Origin: Ginglymostoma cirratum
Taxonomy: Eukaryota
NCBI GenBank assembly: GCA_024137785.1
Contig: JAHRHZ010000024.1
Span: 25,395,768 to 25,459,767 of the forward strand
Reading direction: 5' to 3'
DNA length: 64,000 nt
Positions 12,046 through 26,599 of this stretch are shown here, one piece after another; positions within the stretch are counted from its first letter, which is position 1; every line of letters starts with the position of its first letter. The position numbers were made by a program, and so were the translations under genes. A model generated the notes under the pieces. The model did not search any database. It was given only the letters and a program-made list of their open reading frames with translations, and was not told where the DNA came from.

Positions 12046-14699
12046 ACCTAGAATACACCTCCTCCCACAGGTCCAGCTGGCTGGCCTCATTACAATCACA
12101 ACTGTTTGAATGTCTACTGTCATGGGTTTCCTTAAGCAACAATTAGTGAACCCCATAGTGAATCAGATGAGTGATGATGGGCAGAATCCTGGCCACCTGA
12201 TCTTTGAAGGATGGCATTCATTCTGTTGCCATATTCTTTAAGGGCAGCTGCTGAGCAAAGTATTATCAAGGCCTGGTAGCCAAAAACACCTAAGTTTCCT
12301 GTGGTATCCCCTGGAAAGGAGACTTGATAACTATTTCACATCTGAACTTGAGAACCTTTGCTTTTAAGCCCGAATACATTGTCGCTATCCTTGATATAAC
12401 AACTGTAGTTTTGGTACTTGTTCCCAACAATGATGTATTATGCATTCACAAGCCAAATCATTTGTAACCCATCCATGTTCATATTTGTGCTTTATGAGGA
12501 TCGTGTAAAATTACTGCGTAATAGTAGTAAAATAGATCTGGGAGTCATATATGGTACTAAACATATTTCCCTTTCTTTCCAGAACTGCAAAAAATTTAAC
12601 ACCCAACAAAGAAAGACATGTCTGCTCAAATTACTAGGTTCAATTTATTTTCAGGTTAAATATTATGCAGAATCCATTATACAGAAATTTGCTAAATCAG
12701 TACAATATATAAAAACAATAAAATTGGAATCAGTTCATCTTGCCTTTAAGTCAAAAAATTATGGATTTGATACCCATTCCAGAAATTTCAACAAATATTG
12801 TAAACCAATACAGGAGTGGAATACTAAGATTCTGAGATTAAAATTCTGTCTACACCCTCAGGTGGATGTAAAGGTGTTATGGTACTAGCTTGAAGAGGAG
12901 GAGAGAAGACATCCTGGCCCGTACTTAACCACTAATCACCAAAAATTTAGTATCTCATCATTTATCACATTTGCTGTGGCCAAATTGCTGCCTTTTTGTA
13001 ATTAATACACTGTATACTTCAAAATCAATTACCAAGTTGTTATAAAAAAAGGTTCTTTCTTTATAAAGGCATCAATAAGACTTTTAAATTAATTTGCAAT
13101 ATCTGTAGTGTTGTAGATATAAATGAGACATCCTGGGTGGTGAATGCAAATTTCATTTCAATTCAGAGTTTCTGTGTCCTGCCAGAAAACAAAGCCTGAA
13201 TTTATTCAGTTTAAACATCTAATAAAGCAGATCTGATCATCATCTGTAATTAAAGACATAATGTTATGAAGTTCTTTGTAGAATGCTGATTAGCAGGCGC
13301 TCATGATTTACCTAGTTTCTAAATATCTATTATTCCTTAGCAACATGCAAGTTATTTCACATTAAGAATAAAGCCCAAAACCTGACTAATTTCCAGATCA
13401 ACGCATCTAATTCAAAGTTGTAGGTAGGCCATCTCAAATTGTTACTCTCTGTTCTGATCAAGAGCAAACAGATTCCGTCTGAATTCAAAAATTTTCAATA
13501 TTAAAGAAATTTAAGTACTGTCATGGAGTCAAATGGCTGGATTTTCAAATAGTTTCCCCCAATAGCCCTTAGAGCTGGTGAGTGGGATTTTCATCTTCTG
13601 GAGGATCGCAAGGCTCGAAGGTGAGTCTGCATCCAGAGGCAGCAGGCATGAGGTGGAGATGGGATGTTGGCTGTTAACAAAGTGCACAGTTTAAAAAGGC
13701 CAACATCCATCCACACAATCAATGGCCCACTTCTTCAGATCAGACCATAGCCTCACCTTGCCTCTCAATGCTTTCATCTGCTGCATTAATCCTTTAACTC
13801 AAACCCCCTTCAATCTCCAGTCCCCCGAGATCTTTTGCAAAAAATAAATGAGCACCCAGACATCTGTCTAAGCTTTCAAGAAGCCAAAAAAAAGGTTGAT
13901 CTCTTTAAACAATTATCTTCAGATATAACAGTGGACCAACTTTTCAGTATTGTACAAAACACAATAGCAGTTTATCCAGTGGATACATTAGTCTAATGAA
14001 TCTGAAAACATTTTGACGTATACAATGCAGTGTTTTTTCTTACTTTGCAGCTTGACTGCTGACATAAATATCGAATAACACCCACGTTTTATTACGGATA
14101 CTTACAATTTCCAGTCACAGCACTATAATTACAGATTTTTGTACTCACAGATATAAACCAGACTTCTGCATTTCATGATGAACTGAAAGGAAGCAACATC
14201 AGTTGTACACAAGTTTTACATTTGTCCACTTTCAGAAAATGGTCCAAATGTCCACTGAGCAAGTTTGATTTCAGAAGCAACTGCCGTGTTGAAAATCAAA
14301 GTTCTGAAATTCTTGCTCCCAGAATGGTGTCTGCAACCTGAAACAGCAGAGTGCAGCATTGCCAACCCTCTCACTTACCTGCTTTCCTGCAAGTAGCTAA
14401 AGATGGAAATGGAGCCTTGACTTCTGCCTTTGTTGCTGAGCAGCCATTTTCTCCTTCCTACTCCTGACTCGGAATTGTCCTAAAATGGGAGTACAAAATA
14501 CTGCTTCTCGAGTCATAGCATCACAGAAGGTAGCCATTGGGTCAATCTAGTCAATACCGGTTTTCTACAGAGAAATCTGATCAATCACTTTAGCCCTGCA
14601 GGTGTATTTCCCTTAAGTGACCGTCTAGTTCCCTTTTGAAATCCATCATTTTCCCCACTTACATCATTGTGGCAGTATAACAATTATTTTTGTAGTCAT

Positions 14700-15058
14700 T
14701 GTCATAGAGTCATACAGCACGGAAACAGACCCTTCGGTATAAACAGTCCCATAATCCCAAACTAAAGTAGTCCCACCTGCCTGCTCCTGGCCCATATCCC
14801 TCCAAACCTTTTCTATTCATGTACTTATCCAAGTATCTTTTAAACAGTGTAATTGTATCTACATCCATCATTTCCTCAGGTAATTCATTCCACACATGAA
14901 CTACCCTCTGCCTAAAAAAAATAGTCCCGCATGTCTTTTTTAAAGCTGTCTCCTCTCACTATAAAAATGTGTCTCCTAGTCTTGAAATCCCCCATCCTAG
15001 GGAAATGACAACTACCATTGACCTTATCTATACCCCTCATTATTTTGTAAACTTCTAT
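14700..15058 (-). mobile_element. CR1 3' end
   Basis: EVYKIMRGIDKV and WNELPEEM...FKRYLDKYMNRKGLEGYG. Confidence 0.85.
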
Positions 15059-16289
15059 GTCAAATATAATACCCTTACTTGTGGTAAATGCAAGGTTTCT
15101 GCTACAACTTAATGAACAAACTGACATTTCAAACATAAGTTCTGAGTAAGTTTCATTTCATTATTAGAAAATTAGACTTTAAGAAAAAATATTTTGTGCA
15201 TTAGTCCTCTGCTATTCACTAATGTAAAATGATGTTTAGTGTTAGAATACATGTGATCAGAATCTGGATGAAAGTGAAAAGTGCTTAATCACCCTTTCTT
15301 CACTTTAGCTTGTATTTATACGGCATTTTTCATGCAAAGAATAAAGAATATTTCCAAAACCAAAAGACAAAACTGACATTAAGCCAGATAAATTACCATT
15401 AGGGGCCAGAAACACGCTTACAACTAAAAGGTTTTTAAGGACAGTGTTTTGGAACAAATGAATGTAAATAAATCAAGGAGTTTAGGGGTTAGGGCAGGGA
15501 ATTACAATGAGTCGACATGTGGCCATCAGTCCTGGGGGAAAGGCATGGAGGTTAGACAAGTTGAAAGTAACAAATAGAGATGGAAGTTTCAGAGAGAGGG
15601 AATAGTTGAAATGAGGAGAGTCTAATGATGTAGAGGGGCAAGACCATAAAAGGAAATAAACACAAGGATGGAATTTTCCCATTTGTAGTTTGGTGCTGAA
15701 TGAATTTGATGGTGACTGCTCAACCATGGCCCAGAGTATATTCAGCTTTTCACCTCATTAATAATGCAACCAAGATGTTGAGCATCTTCCATGGGGAATC
15801 TCATGGAGAAAATACTGGATTCAGCCAGAAAAGAGTACATCTGCTCATGGGGAGATGTTGAGACCTCAATGAACAACCAGCCCGGTACATTTCAGTGCTG
15901 TACTCCCATTATCAGTAGCGCTAAGCCAGTGCTAAGTGTAAAGCCTTTGTTCATCTTCTCTGACTAATTAACTCTCTTCTCTTATGCAGGCACTAGCTGC
16001 TCCCAGCAAACCTTTGCTGAGAAAAGGCCAGGACTGGAGAACTTTAGCTTGACCTCAACTTCTGAGAAGGAATCCATTGCTTAAGTCTAACAACTCCCTG
16101 ACTGCAGATTGCTTCAGATGTTAGAGATCTTTGAACCATGACTTTGAGGAATACTGCCACAATATTGCATGTTAATGCAAACAAAACTGAAAGTTAAACA
16201 CAATGCACAGGGAATGTGTTAAGGCCTAGCCTTCACACATTGTTCCATACTTCATTCACCTAATGAGTGAGAATATAGTATCATATCAG

Positions 16290-16620
16290 GTGTTGCACTT
16301 GAGAGGTGACATATCTTGAAGAGTAGCTTAATGAAGGGCACCATTTTCCCCCAAAATGTGCATAGAAGGAGTGCAAGGGAGTTTTCCCTGGTATCATGAT
16401 GAATATTTATCCATCAGTCAAATCAGATTTATTTAGTAATGACCACATTGCAGCTTATGGTTGCGTACGTATGGACATATTTGCTTGCTTTGCAGAAATG
16501 AACTATTGCATTTCTTATAATACTGACCATTCTTTTAAAAGCACTCATTTCACTGTCATGATCTTCAGAAAATCCCAGGGTTGTGTTAGATGCTACATAA
16601 ATGCAAAATTGTCCTTTCCT
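16290..16620 (+). mobile_element. Old DeuSINE-like (SacSINE1/AmnSINE-type) SINE remnant; similar tails at ~55190-55440 and ~12890-13060
   Basis: 3' tail aaaagcactcattt...gatgctacataaatgcaa resembles the Deu-SINE terminus as I recall it; no database check. Confidence 0.45.
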
Positions 16621-18577
16621 AAAATTGTGAAGCAGTCCTTTGGAAGACAAGCATATCTATCTTCCCACTGTCAACATGAGGCAACTTGAGATGTCTGCTG
16701 GCATCTTGTCTTTAGCCAAGCACAAGGTTCATGGATCATGTAAACAAATATCCATCAGATCACTTCCCATGAGTCAGCCACATTCAGTAATGAAAAAGTG
16801 TTTCATTCTTTGAATGTCCTTTGCACCAGATTTGCTGTGTGCAACATTCTTAGCAAAGGTCTCTGACGCTGCCATGCAGTTTTGTTTGAAGTCCAACGTA
16901 CTCTATTCCTTTTCAACAGGAGTAACCAGTTCATGTTTCACAGCTGAGAGATAAGTATTATCTAATGGAAATCTATCTGAAGATCCTGCCATATCATTGT
17001 AACACACTGGTGGGATACCATGACAACAAAATCCTGAGAATAAGAAATACCTGGAATTTTCAAGATTGAAATAGATATTTTTATTACATAATGACATAAA
17101 GGGATGGGGATCAATAGTGAGCTAGTCAAATCATGGTCTGATTGAATAGCAGAATAGTCTTGAGGGACTGAATGGCTTACACTAGAGCAATGGCAGTGCC
17201 AGTGTTGTGATAGAAAAGATAATCGGTGTCCTGATCAATAATTTTACATCAGGATTGTTCGCAGTAGAATGCTGGTCCACAGACAACAGTGAGTTTTCCA
17301 AATGTTTATGGTATGCTGCATATAATCACTGTCCGTCATGGCCAAAGTATGGAGCTTGACCTCTAGAATTGCAGCTGATTCTCTGAGGAGGGGAGTGCTA
17401 ATGAGGAATGGGATCTTTTCAGCAACTCGAGAGTGAAGGTGCTCCCCAGCCAAATCTGCCAACAGAAGTCTTCTTCATTGTCCTCCCCGCTCCTTACACC
17501 TTTTCCAAATGAAATGAAAGCTAAGCAATCATACACTTGGTACCTGTCAATAGAAGACCTGATTGCAATGAAACACACACAGAGAGCGGAATTCACTCCT
17601 CTCCCTCATGAGGATTTTGATGAAGGGGACGGCATTTAATTGCATGGGACATTGGGGATTAATCTGCTTTCTTTTCACTGTGCCAAATAATTCCAGGGTG
17701 AGAATGCCCAAGGACAGTCTTCCGGGTCTGCCATTAACTGAGTCTCTCCAGCAGGCAATGAATACCCACTTAAGGTTTCTTCATGCCTTCTATGGTTTCA
17801 CCCAGCAATCAGTGGCAGTCAGGAGATGAGTGAAGTACAAAAAAACCAAACCCTATTCTGTTTGCTTGTTAGCTTCAGCAGGAACAGGAGTATACCTCAT
17901 TCAAATGGACCCAGAGTCAGTATTATAAATGCAGATCCCTTTAACAGTAAACCAGACCAGCTCCAGAGCTGATGAAGAATGGTGTTGTTCATTGGACTTT
18001 GCATCTGAGAGTTGAATTTGACACCCTCACCATCCCGCTGTCTCTCCCTCACCTTTGAATATCTAGATTGCCCTTAGCAGGATTTGCAATATCGGTGATT
18101 TATTAGTCATATTCAATTGGTGAAACAAACATCATTGATTTGATAATGAAAGAAAAAAACATTCAGTTTTGTATCAGAACACTTCTGAATACAAAAAAAA
18201 ATCTGGGTTTGTTGAGACTATTTTTGCACAGTTGTAAGTCCTGCCTTTGTTGCAGGAGGCCTGGGTTTAAGTTCCATCTGCTCCAGAGATGTGTAATAAC
18301 ATCTCTGAACAAGTTGGTTTAAAACTAAAAAAAAATTTGTGAAAAAGCAAGAGCTGGGTTTGTTCCCCACCTTTGGTGGTCTGCATTGCCCTTAATGGGT
18401 TTTGTATGTAAACTAATCAATTGGCAAACACAGCTGATTTACTGGTGGTGGTTAATAGATGGAAAAGACCGCTGGTGATTCAGTGATGGCAAAAAGCCAT
18501 TCAGTTGTGTGATAACACTTCTGGATGTAAAATAAAGACCCAGGTCTCCTTATACGTATATTCACTTGCTCAAAGAT

Positions 18578-18690
18578 TCTTGTGGCACGGCGGTAGTGTC
18601 TCTACCTCTGAACTAGGAGGCCTGGTTTCAGGTCCTACCTGTTACAGAGGTATGTCATATCTGAACAAGTCAAGTAAACATATCTACCTT
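18578..18690 (+). mobile_element. Short (~115 bp) tRNA-derived SINE; related copies at ~18220-18325, 19395-19490, 35095-35215, 48248-48360 and 62395-62510
   Basis: Shared pattern gtggcacagtggtagtgtc.ctacctctga...ggttcaagtcc.acctg...catctctgaacaggtt with A/B-box-like motifs. Confidence 0.7.
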
Positions 18691-20229
18691 ACCCAAATCA
18701 ATAAGCAAGAGCTGTGTTCTTAGACCAGTATGGACTTAATTTATATACATCATCTAAATAGTAATGTTTGCAAAATGACTTGTAGATCAATGGTTTTAAA
18801 GCATTGTGCAAGGTTATGTACACTTCAATGATCTTGGCGATTTGCAGTATGCAATTTGTTTATGTGTGTTTTGCCGGGCAAATCCTAGTTAAGTCTTCAA
18901 AACATAAATAAAACACCTGGAAAGAAAATAAGGAGCTGGATTCTCCGCCTCTCCCAACCTCACTCCATTTTGATTTAAGCCCCTCCCTCCCTCCCTCATT
19001 CACTTTGGATGTTAATGTACTGGCCCTGATAGGTTTTACATGCAAATTGTTAAGGAATTGGAGACACTGAGGATCTAGTAGTGGGGAGTGAAGATAAAAA
19101 TTAACATGGGTGATTTGATGGATGGAAAAACACTATTCAACTGGGCATGAAAGCATTTCTGGATATAAAAAGAAACAGCAGGGTTTTTCCCTCCAACTAA
19201 ACGATAATTTGGTCTCCTCTTCCTCTTCTTACCTTTCCTCACTTTTGTTATTGCTGCACTTCCACTGTCAAGCTATACTTGTAAATGCTTTGCTTAAAGC
19301 AAAATACAAGTGGTTAGGTGATGGTAAAAGAATGGTGAGAGATGTTTGAAAACTTCTTTGAATATCAAAACAAAGAAATGAAAGAGCCAGCTCTTGGAGG
19401 GCTGTTGTGGCACATGCCTCTGAGCCTAAAAGCCTAGGTTCAGGTCCTACCTGTACAGAGGGGTGTCCTAACAGGTTAAGTAAAAAAATCAGTGCTGGGT
19501 TCTTGCCTCTTCATTTGAACTTAATCCCTTCCTTTTCTTGCTACCCTCCCATATTTTTGTTATTGTTGAAATCCCTCTCTATAGGCACAGCTTGCTAATT
19601 GTCAATTGTTTAGTTAGTGATTTGGTACTGGTTTAATTTAAAAAAGAACACTTTTTTCCCCTGAGGTGAGAGGTTGGCTTCTGGACAGGGAACGAATCTA
19701 ATGGAGATAGAGGGAAACCAGTGTTTGTGCCAAACTATGGATTTACATTTCCTGCCTTTTTGAACATATGGCTATGAGTGTGTGAAACATACAGTGCCTG
19801 AACGAGGGCTTTGGGAAGGCGAAGAGACACCTGCTTTGCTTACTGTTGACACACCTGTTCCAACTGAGTGACCCCACACCCCATACCCCGACTCCAACCC
19901 AAACCTGCCCATTCCATGTCACCATTATGTTCTTGTTCCTTATGACTCTTGCTGATCTTGAGCCTTGGGCAGTTGGACTAATGCCAACTCTTATTATCTC
20001 TGCTGTCACTACACAGCTGTCTGGATGTGAGATAGCCCCATGGGTGGAGCAGAAGGGTCTTGTTTGCTGATCCAGCCTTTGTTATGTCTTCAATGTTGGA
20101 TTTGGATAGCTTCAAGCTTATTGAGGGTGGAAAATGGGAAGTCAACCAGAAGGTATGAAGCATAATTGAGTCTACAGGTAACAAAGACATAAATGGGTGT
20201 TTTATCAGCTCTTAAACTGAAGGAGGTTT

Positions 20230-20720
20230 AGAGTCAGGTGACCTTGCAGTGGGGCAGAAAAGCCATCTCAGGAATAGTGTGGTTATGTGGTCAGAATCTC
20301 ACCTCATGGTCAACTGTCATACCAGGATTGCAAATTCTTGACTCTGAGAGTAGCCAAGGTGACAGACGGAGTCAGTGATAAGGGAATGGATTTTTGTGAC
20401 CGAGACCAAACCTAATGGCTCAGGCTTTCCATTATTTAATTGAAGGACCTTTTTTGATAATTGAAATTCCATGGCAAGTTCGAGAGAGTCAATGGTAGAA
20501 TAAAACCAAAGTGGAGGGATGAAGGTTGGGTGGAGGCCTGGACTGTCAATGTACATTTAGAAGCTGACATTGTGATGTTGGATGATTCAATCAAGGAACA
20601 ATATGGAAATGAGAAACAACAAGTGTATCAAAGACAGATCTGTGGTGGACACCAGGTGTAACAGTGCACAAGCAGGAAGAGAAGTTAATGCAGATTATTC
20701 TCTGGCTATGACTGGAAGAT
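20230..20720 (-). mobile_element. L2-like LINE fragment
   Basis: The minus-strand ORF contains VLQLNNGKPEPLGL, a degenerate LQLN.GKTE motif. Confidence 0.5.
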
Positions 20721-20744
20721 AAAATTTGCTACAAATAAAGAAAA

Positions 20745-21750
20745 AAGAATAGTTCTGTACAGGACCAACACTTCGGTCCACCAAACCCACGCTGACACAT
20801 AGTGCCTTTCTAAATTGAAAACCTTTTGCCTCTGCGCAGCCTGTGTCACTCTATTCCCCAATTATTCACATACCTGTCAAGATGCCTCTTAAACATTGCT
20901 ATTATATCTGCTTCCACCACCTCCTCTGGAAGTGCATTTCAGGCATTTGCCACCCTCTGTGTAAAAAAATTGCCTCTCACATCTTCTTTAAACTTTTCCC
21001 TTTTTACCTTAAACCCATGTCCCCTGGAGGACATTTCTATCCTGGGAAAAAGACTCCAACTATCCATTCTATCCCTGACTCTCATAATTTTGTAAACTTC
21101 TATCAGGTTGCCCCATTGCCTCCAATATTCAAGTGAAAACAAATCAAGTTTGTCCAATTTCACCTCATAGCTAATACCCTCCAAACCAGACAACTTCCTG
21201 TTAAACTTTTTCTGTACTCTCTCCAAAGCCTCCACATCCTCTGGCACTTCCTTCCTGCATTAGACCTTCCAAAATGCATCACCTTACATTTTTCTGGCTT
21301 AAATTCCACCTGCCCATTTCTCTGCCCAAGTCTCCAGCCTGCCTATATCCTTGTATTCTCTGGCAATGCTCTTCACTATCCACAACTCCCCCAATCTCTC
21401 TGTCATTCACAACTTCACTGATCAGACTACCTACATTCTCCACCAAATCATTTATATCTATTACAGGCAACAGCACTAACCCCTGTGGAGCACCACTGGT
21501 CATACACCTCCAGTCAGAAAAATACCCTTCCACTGCTACTCTCCGTCTTCTATGACCAAACCAGTTCTGTATCCATCCTATCAGCTCACCACAGATCACA
21601 TGTGACTTCACCTTCTGTATTAGTTTGCCATGGGGGACTTATCAAAGGCCTTGCTAAAGTCCACTTGGACAACATCTACTGCCCTGGCCGCAATCATATT
21701 TGTTACTTCCTCAAAAATGCTCAATCAAGTTTGTGAGACATAATCTACCT
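20745..21750 (-). mobile_element. 5'-truncated CR1 LINE
   Basis: WIQNWFGHRRRRVAVEG, GAPQGLVL and ALERVQKKFNRKL...NFFTQRVANA. Confidence 0.88.
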
Positions 21751-23189
21751 CTTTTTGATCAAAATATATTGTTGTCAACCCTGCACTGATGTTACTGGAA
21801 ATTTCTTTGCGAGCTCAATTCATGACTGAGAGGAGAACTAGCTCTGGAACGATGATGAAATGTTACAGTGGGTTAACATACTTGCCTATATTAAAAATTA
21901 AAGAGTAAGAAAAATAACACTGCTAATTTTTCAAAGCAATCGCTACCACGCCCTTGAATGATACTATTTGTCAAATGTTAGCAAACAATGCTCTCAGAAT
22001 GCATGGAGATCAAAATATTGTCTATTAGCACAGTGATTGTCACTGAAGTCATTTAGTTGTAATTGTTCAGCTTAAAGAACAATGCCATTATGAAAAGGAT
22101 AATGATTCTTGTGTCAGGTTTTCTATTGAAGGGAAATCCATCTCACATGCACTTCCTTTGTCTAGTTTGGCATGTATGTTTGCAGCAGGGCCAAAATAAG
22201 AAAACAGGAAATTGGCAACATTTGCAAAATTATGACACAGAGGAAACTCCTCTCAAGGTTTGCTGTTTCAACAATACAGGCTCACTTGAGCTTAGCTTTG
22301 CTACCACCATCTGACTGTCTTCTGGATAACTGAAAGAATGACAGCAATTAAAATGATTTCAGACAATTCAGGCAAAGCAATCCCAAAGCATATAAAGCAC
22401 TCTGCTCAATGAAGATATAAAATTTATCCAAGCACACATAACACTGCTTCATCCACTTGACTCAACTTCTAACCCAAAGGTAACCACACATGCATCACAT
22501 TTGCCAACTTAGTGTCATCACTTAACTATCCTTCATCTGACTCTCAAAGGATTTCAACTTAGGGACCAGAGGCCAAAAGGGACTCACAAGAGGATCTCAG
22601 GAAGCTTCGTGTTCAGATTTCTGGGAAACTGAATATGCCATACAAGTATCACAAAAATTTGGTAATCTATATTCCTACAGAACTGTATGCTAATTTAATT
22701 CCGCTACTTCCTGATGATCCAGACTGTTATGTATGCGGCTCTATATTGTCATAAAAGATTTCAGAGAGGCACCATTTTCCTTTTAATCAATAATAACAGT
22801 TCCTTAAAACGAAAATGGAGAGGTTCAGATTTGAGAAAATGTCAATGTTAATGAGCAATCCCATTAATTGAAAATATTGAAAACTACATCCGAAGATAGT
22901 TGTCGACTGTAAATACTATCATGATTTGCTTTATTTTTTAAATAAGGATGGCTGGACACTGTTTTAAACAGTGGTCTTAATTTGATGATCTTGGAAGATG
23001 GGAACAGGAATAGGCCATTCAGCTTCTCAGGCCTGTTCACCATTTGAGTTAATCTTAGCTAATGTCTATCTTAAAACTATTTACTTATTTTTGTTCCTTC
23101 TACTTTAATGAACAAAAGTCTATCAATTAAAGCTTTTAATTTTTGAAAATTTAATAGTTTTCTAGGGCACAGAGAACTTCGGGTTTTAT

Positions 23190-23535
23190 GTGGCATGATG
23201 ACTCAGTGGTTAGCTCTGCTGTCTCACAATGCTAGAGACCTGGTTCAATTCCACCCTCAGGCTGAGTGGGGTTTGCACCTTCTCCCCGTTTCTGCATTAG
23301 TTTCCTTTGGGTGCTCCAGTTTCTTCCCATAGTCCAACGACGTGCAACTTAGGTGGATTGGCCATGCTAAATTACCTATGGAGTCCAGAGATGTATAGGC
23401 TAGGTGGATTAGCCATGGAAAATGCAGGATTACAGGGATAGGGTAGACGGTTGGGTCTGGTGGGAGGATCTTCAAGTGGGTTGGTGTGGACTTGATGGGC
23501 CGAATGGCCTGCTTCCACTTGTAGAGATTCTTTGA
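23190..23535 (+). mobile_element. HE1-like V-SINE
   Basis: tRNA head tggcatgatgactcagtggttagc...ggttcaattcc, V-domain ggtggattggccatgctaaatt, and CR1-like tail gggccgaatggcctgcttcc. Confidence 0.85.
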
Positions 23536-23647
23536 TGTGAAGAAGTCATTCCTGTTATCACTCCTGAACAGCTCATTTCTAAGTTTAGGTTTATGTCCTT
23601 CTTCTCTACTCTGACATCAAAGAAAATAAATTTTCTCTATTTACACT

Positions 23648-23995
23648 CTGGGAAGTCAATGGCCTAGTGGTATTATTGCTGGACTGTTAATCAAGAGATC
23701 CAAGTAATGTTCTAGTGACCTGGGTTCAAATCCTGCCACAGCAGATGGTAGAATTTGAATTCAATATAGATCTGGAGTTAAGAGTCTAATGATGACCTTG
23801 AATCCGTTGTTGGAAAAAAACCCATCTGGTTCACTAGCGTATGTTAGGGATTGAAACTGCCATCCTTACCTGGTCTGGCCTACATATGACTCTGTTCCCA
23901 CAGCAATGTGGTTGACTCTTAATTTAGGGATGGACAATAAACTCTGGCCTAGCCAGCGATGCCCTCAATCGTGAATGAACAAGGAAAAAAAAAAA
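23648..23995 (+). mobile_element. tRNA-derived SINE sharing head and tail with the LINE at 39470-43112
   Basis: A-box tggcctagtgg and B-box ggttcaaatcc; body colinear with 41062-41427; A-rich tail. Confidence 0.8.
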
Positions 23996-24169
23996 TCCAA
24001 AAATCATTCGAACTGAATAATCATTAATCTCCTGTGTGTATCTTGAAGGTATGATTGACGTAGGACTGAATGGAAATTGAATTTAAGCAGGTTGTAAAAA
24101 TGCACAGGTCAATCAGGATATATAAGGGAAGTTTAGATTTAACATTTCAAGTTAATTCTATGTCAGAAC

Positions 24170-25597
24170 TGTCATAATCTATGCTGAAGAATCATCCTCT
24201 TATACACTGATGTGGATAAAGCAGACAGAAAATTATTACTGATTTGAACATAGGATAAAACTTCTCAAGCTGGTGTAGGATTGAGTAAAAATCCACATCA
24301 TCTAAAATACTGGGCAAAACCCTGGACTTTCCTAATATCGAAAATACTGGACAAAATCTTGAGCTCAGACTCCGACAAACGCACAAAGATCCGGAATGGT
24401 TACAGTCTGGGGCTATTGTTCAGACTGGAATTCCAATTTACTCCTCCATGCTAAGAGAATAATTGATCAAAGCTAACACTCTGGACTGAAACTAACTTTT
24501 ACACCTCAGGCTACACAGCACAAGACAGTATGGGGCTTACACAGTTCCCAAACCTTCAACTTCAATCGAAAAACATTCCTAGAGATACTGGACATTTAAC
24601 CTCAATCAAAATTCATTCACACATACTCTTAACTATCGGGAAACCAGTTGACTTTAAACGGAACACCAGAAACACAATGGCAAGCACAGGTTTGGTTTGA
24701 AGATAAGGGGGCCACAATCAGTATAATTGCAGGCCCTGATCTCACCTGAGGTGCTATTCCCCAGGAAATGTTCCAAACAGTGATCCCATAAGAAGAATTC
24801 CAACAGCTAATTCCAGTAGCTATTTCCAAGAGCTATCTCTAGAAGAGGTATCACAATAGCAATTCCGGAACCTACCGACACAGGCCTGTTCTGCATCAGG
24901 GGAACCAACAGCAACCAACTACGACCAGCGACTTAAGAACTGACAACCTCCAAAAACCACCAATCCAACCAACACCGCAAGGCCTCAGACACATCCTGAG
25001 GTGAACACTGGCCGCAAAACCACCAGAAAATAAGGAAAATCAAGTAGTCACCCAATAAATCTAATACGCTTCCAGCTGTATTAGCAGATTCAACACCAAC
25101 TGAAAGCCTACATGGTCCCAAGTCTTCATTCAAGCATCGGGTACGGCAAGCGGGAACAGCCAGCTATACTTCAAAATCGTGTTTTCCTCAGTGGTGAGCT
25201 TAAACTCCTGCGACCACATTGTTTCCAACCCAGGAGAAGAAGGCCGGTGGTGATAGTGCATGGGACCCCAAGGGTAGAAAGCCTGACTAAAGTTTCTGTG
25301 ATTAAAACTACTGTTTAGGTTCTAATTGTGTTTAATCTGTGTTTAATTTAGCGCTGTATTTATACTGTCCTTTGTATAATTGATAGTGTTCAATGTTTAG
25401 TGCTTTTACCTATATTTGCCTCATACTTACATTTTGTATTAAATATACACCGAGATTCTTTTGCCCTGAAACACCTGTCCACTGCCTTCTTCATTTTAGA
25501 TTCCTTAAAATAAATCCAGCGTCTAGAACCAGAGATCTGGGGGTGATTCTAACCACCTAATATCAGCAAATTACTGACTGCAAACCAGAACCTTACA
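24170..25597 (+). mobile_element. Putative long solo LTR
   Basis: TGT...ACA ends, CpGs retained relative to the flanks, TATA-like gtataa at ~24721, attaaa/aataaa near the 3' end, no credible ORF. No TSD found. Confidence 0.35.
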
Positions 25598-26599
25598 TAA
25601 AACATAATGCCCATATTATTTCCTGGTAATCAATGGTTAATTATTAATACTTATTAATACTAAAATACTTATTAATATTGTAGAAAGGATCTGTCATGAT
25701 CAGTCAATTTATATCAAGAATACATGACATTCACTGTTAAGCAGATTCTTGCTTTTACGACTAGAAGAAAGAAAATGACCCCTAAATATAATAAAACCAT
25801 CGCATTCAGGCTGCAGCAGCTAGTATTTAAAACATTCACGTAACTTCTGGAGCAATTGAATTTCTGTAATCTCACCAGGGACTTTAGCCCATGATATAAA
25901 CTTTTCATCTATATTTAAATGATATCTAAAATTCTTCCACATTCTCTCCATTTGGAACTATTCCTAGATAGCCTATTCTATCATACAGAAAAGCATTTAA
26001 ACATAACATGCTAAAACGCACAATTAATAGAACAGTGATAAATAGATTTAAAGACTACATGAAGGAACATCTTCAGACTGTAAAATCACTTCAAAATAGA
26101 AGAATCCTTGGATACAGTTCTGGTTCACTGTGACAGATGTTTATCCTAAGGCAATCAGCAACATATGATATAATCAACATGTTATGTTTTTGCACTATTA
26201 CAGAATGGCTTTGCCTATGTTTATATGATGCCAAAGAACATTGTAGACTAGGGATTGATTTAAATGGACAAGATAATTGTTTTCTGCCACTGGACTGTCA
26301 ATTGATTTCATGACACAAATGACGTTGTTAATGCAGAAGAATTAGTTTTCCCTTACTCAACTCGTGTGGTTACAAGACTGGAAACCTCTAATGAAGGCCA
26401 AATATATATAAATACTCAATTTTATTAAGAAAGTGCTATCTAATCCAAGATGATATATCAGGTTCAGTGCACTCATTGACATCAGCTTAGAGGATATACC
26501 ATACCCATTAGGATAATGAAATAAATAACTCTTAACTCGCAGCAAGTTATTCTTTTTCCCAGTCATCCCAGCACTCACTCATATACACTAGGATCTGTT

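Noticed and set aside
12418-12888. 156-aa ORF in AT-rich DNA
   Set aside because: Non-ATG start, no recognisable motif, composition mirrors AT-rich DNA and splice signals are weak; probably a chance ORF.
23648-23740. tRNA-like sequences here and at other SINE heads
   Set aside because: They are SINE/LINE heads followed by repeat bodies and lack complete cloverleafs; not tRNA genes.
25620-25680. Short aatacttatt tandem repeat
   Set aside because: Simple slippage repeat with no spacers; not CRISPR-like.
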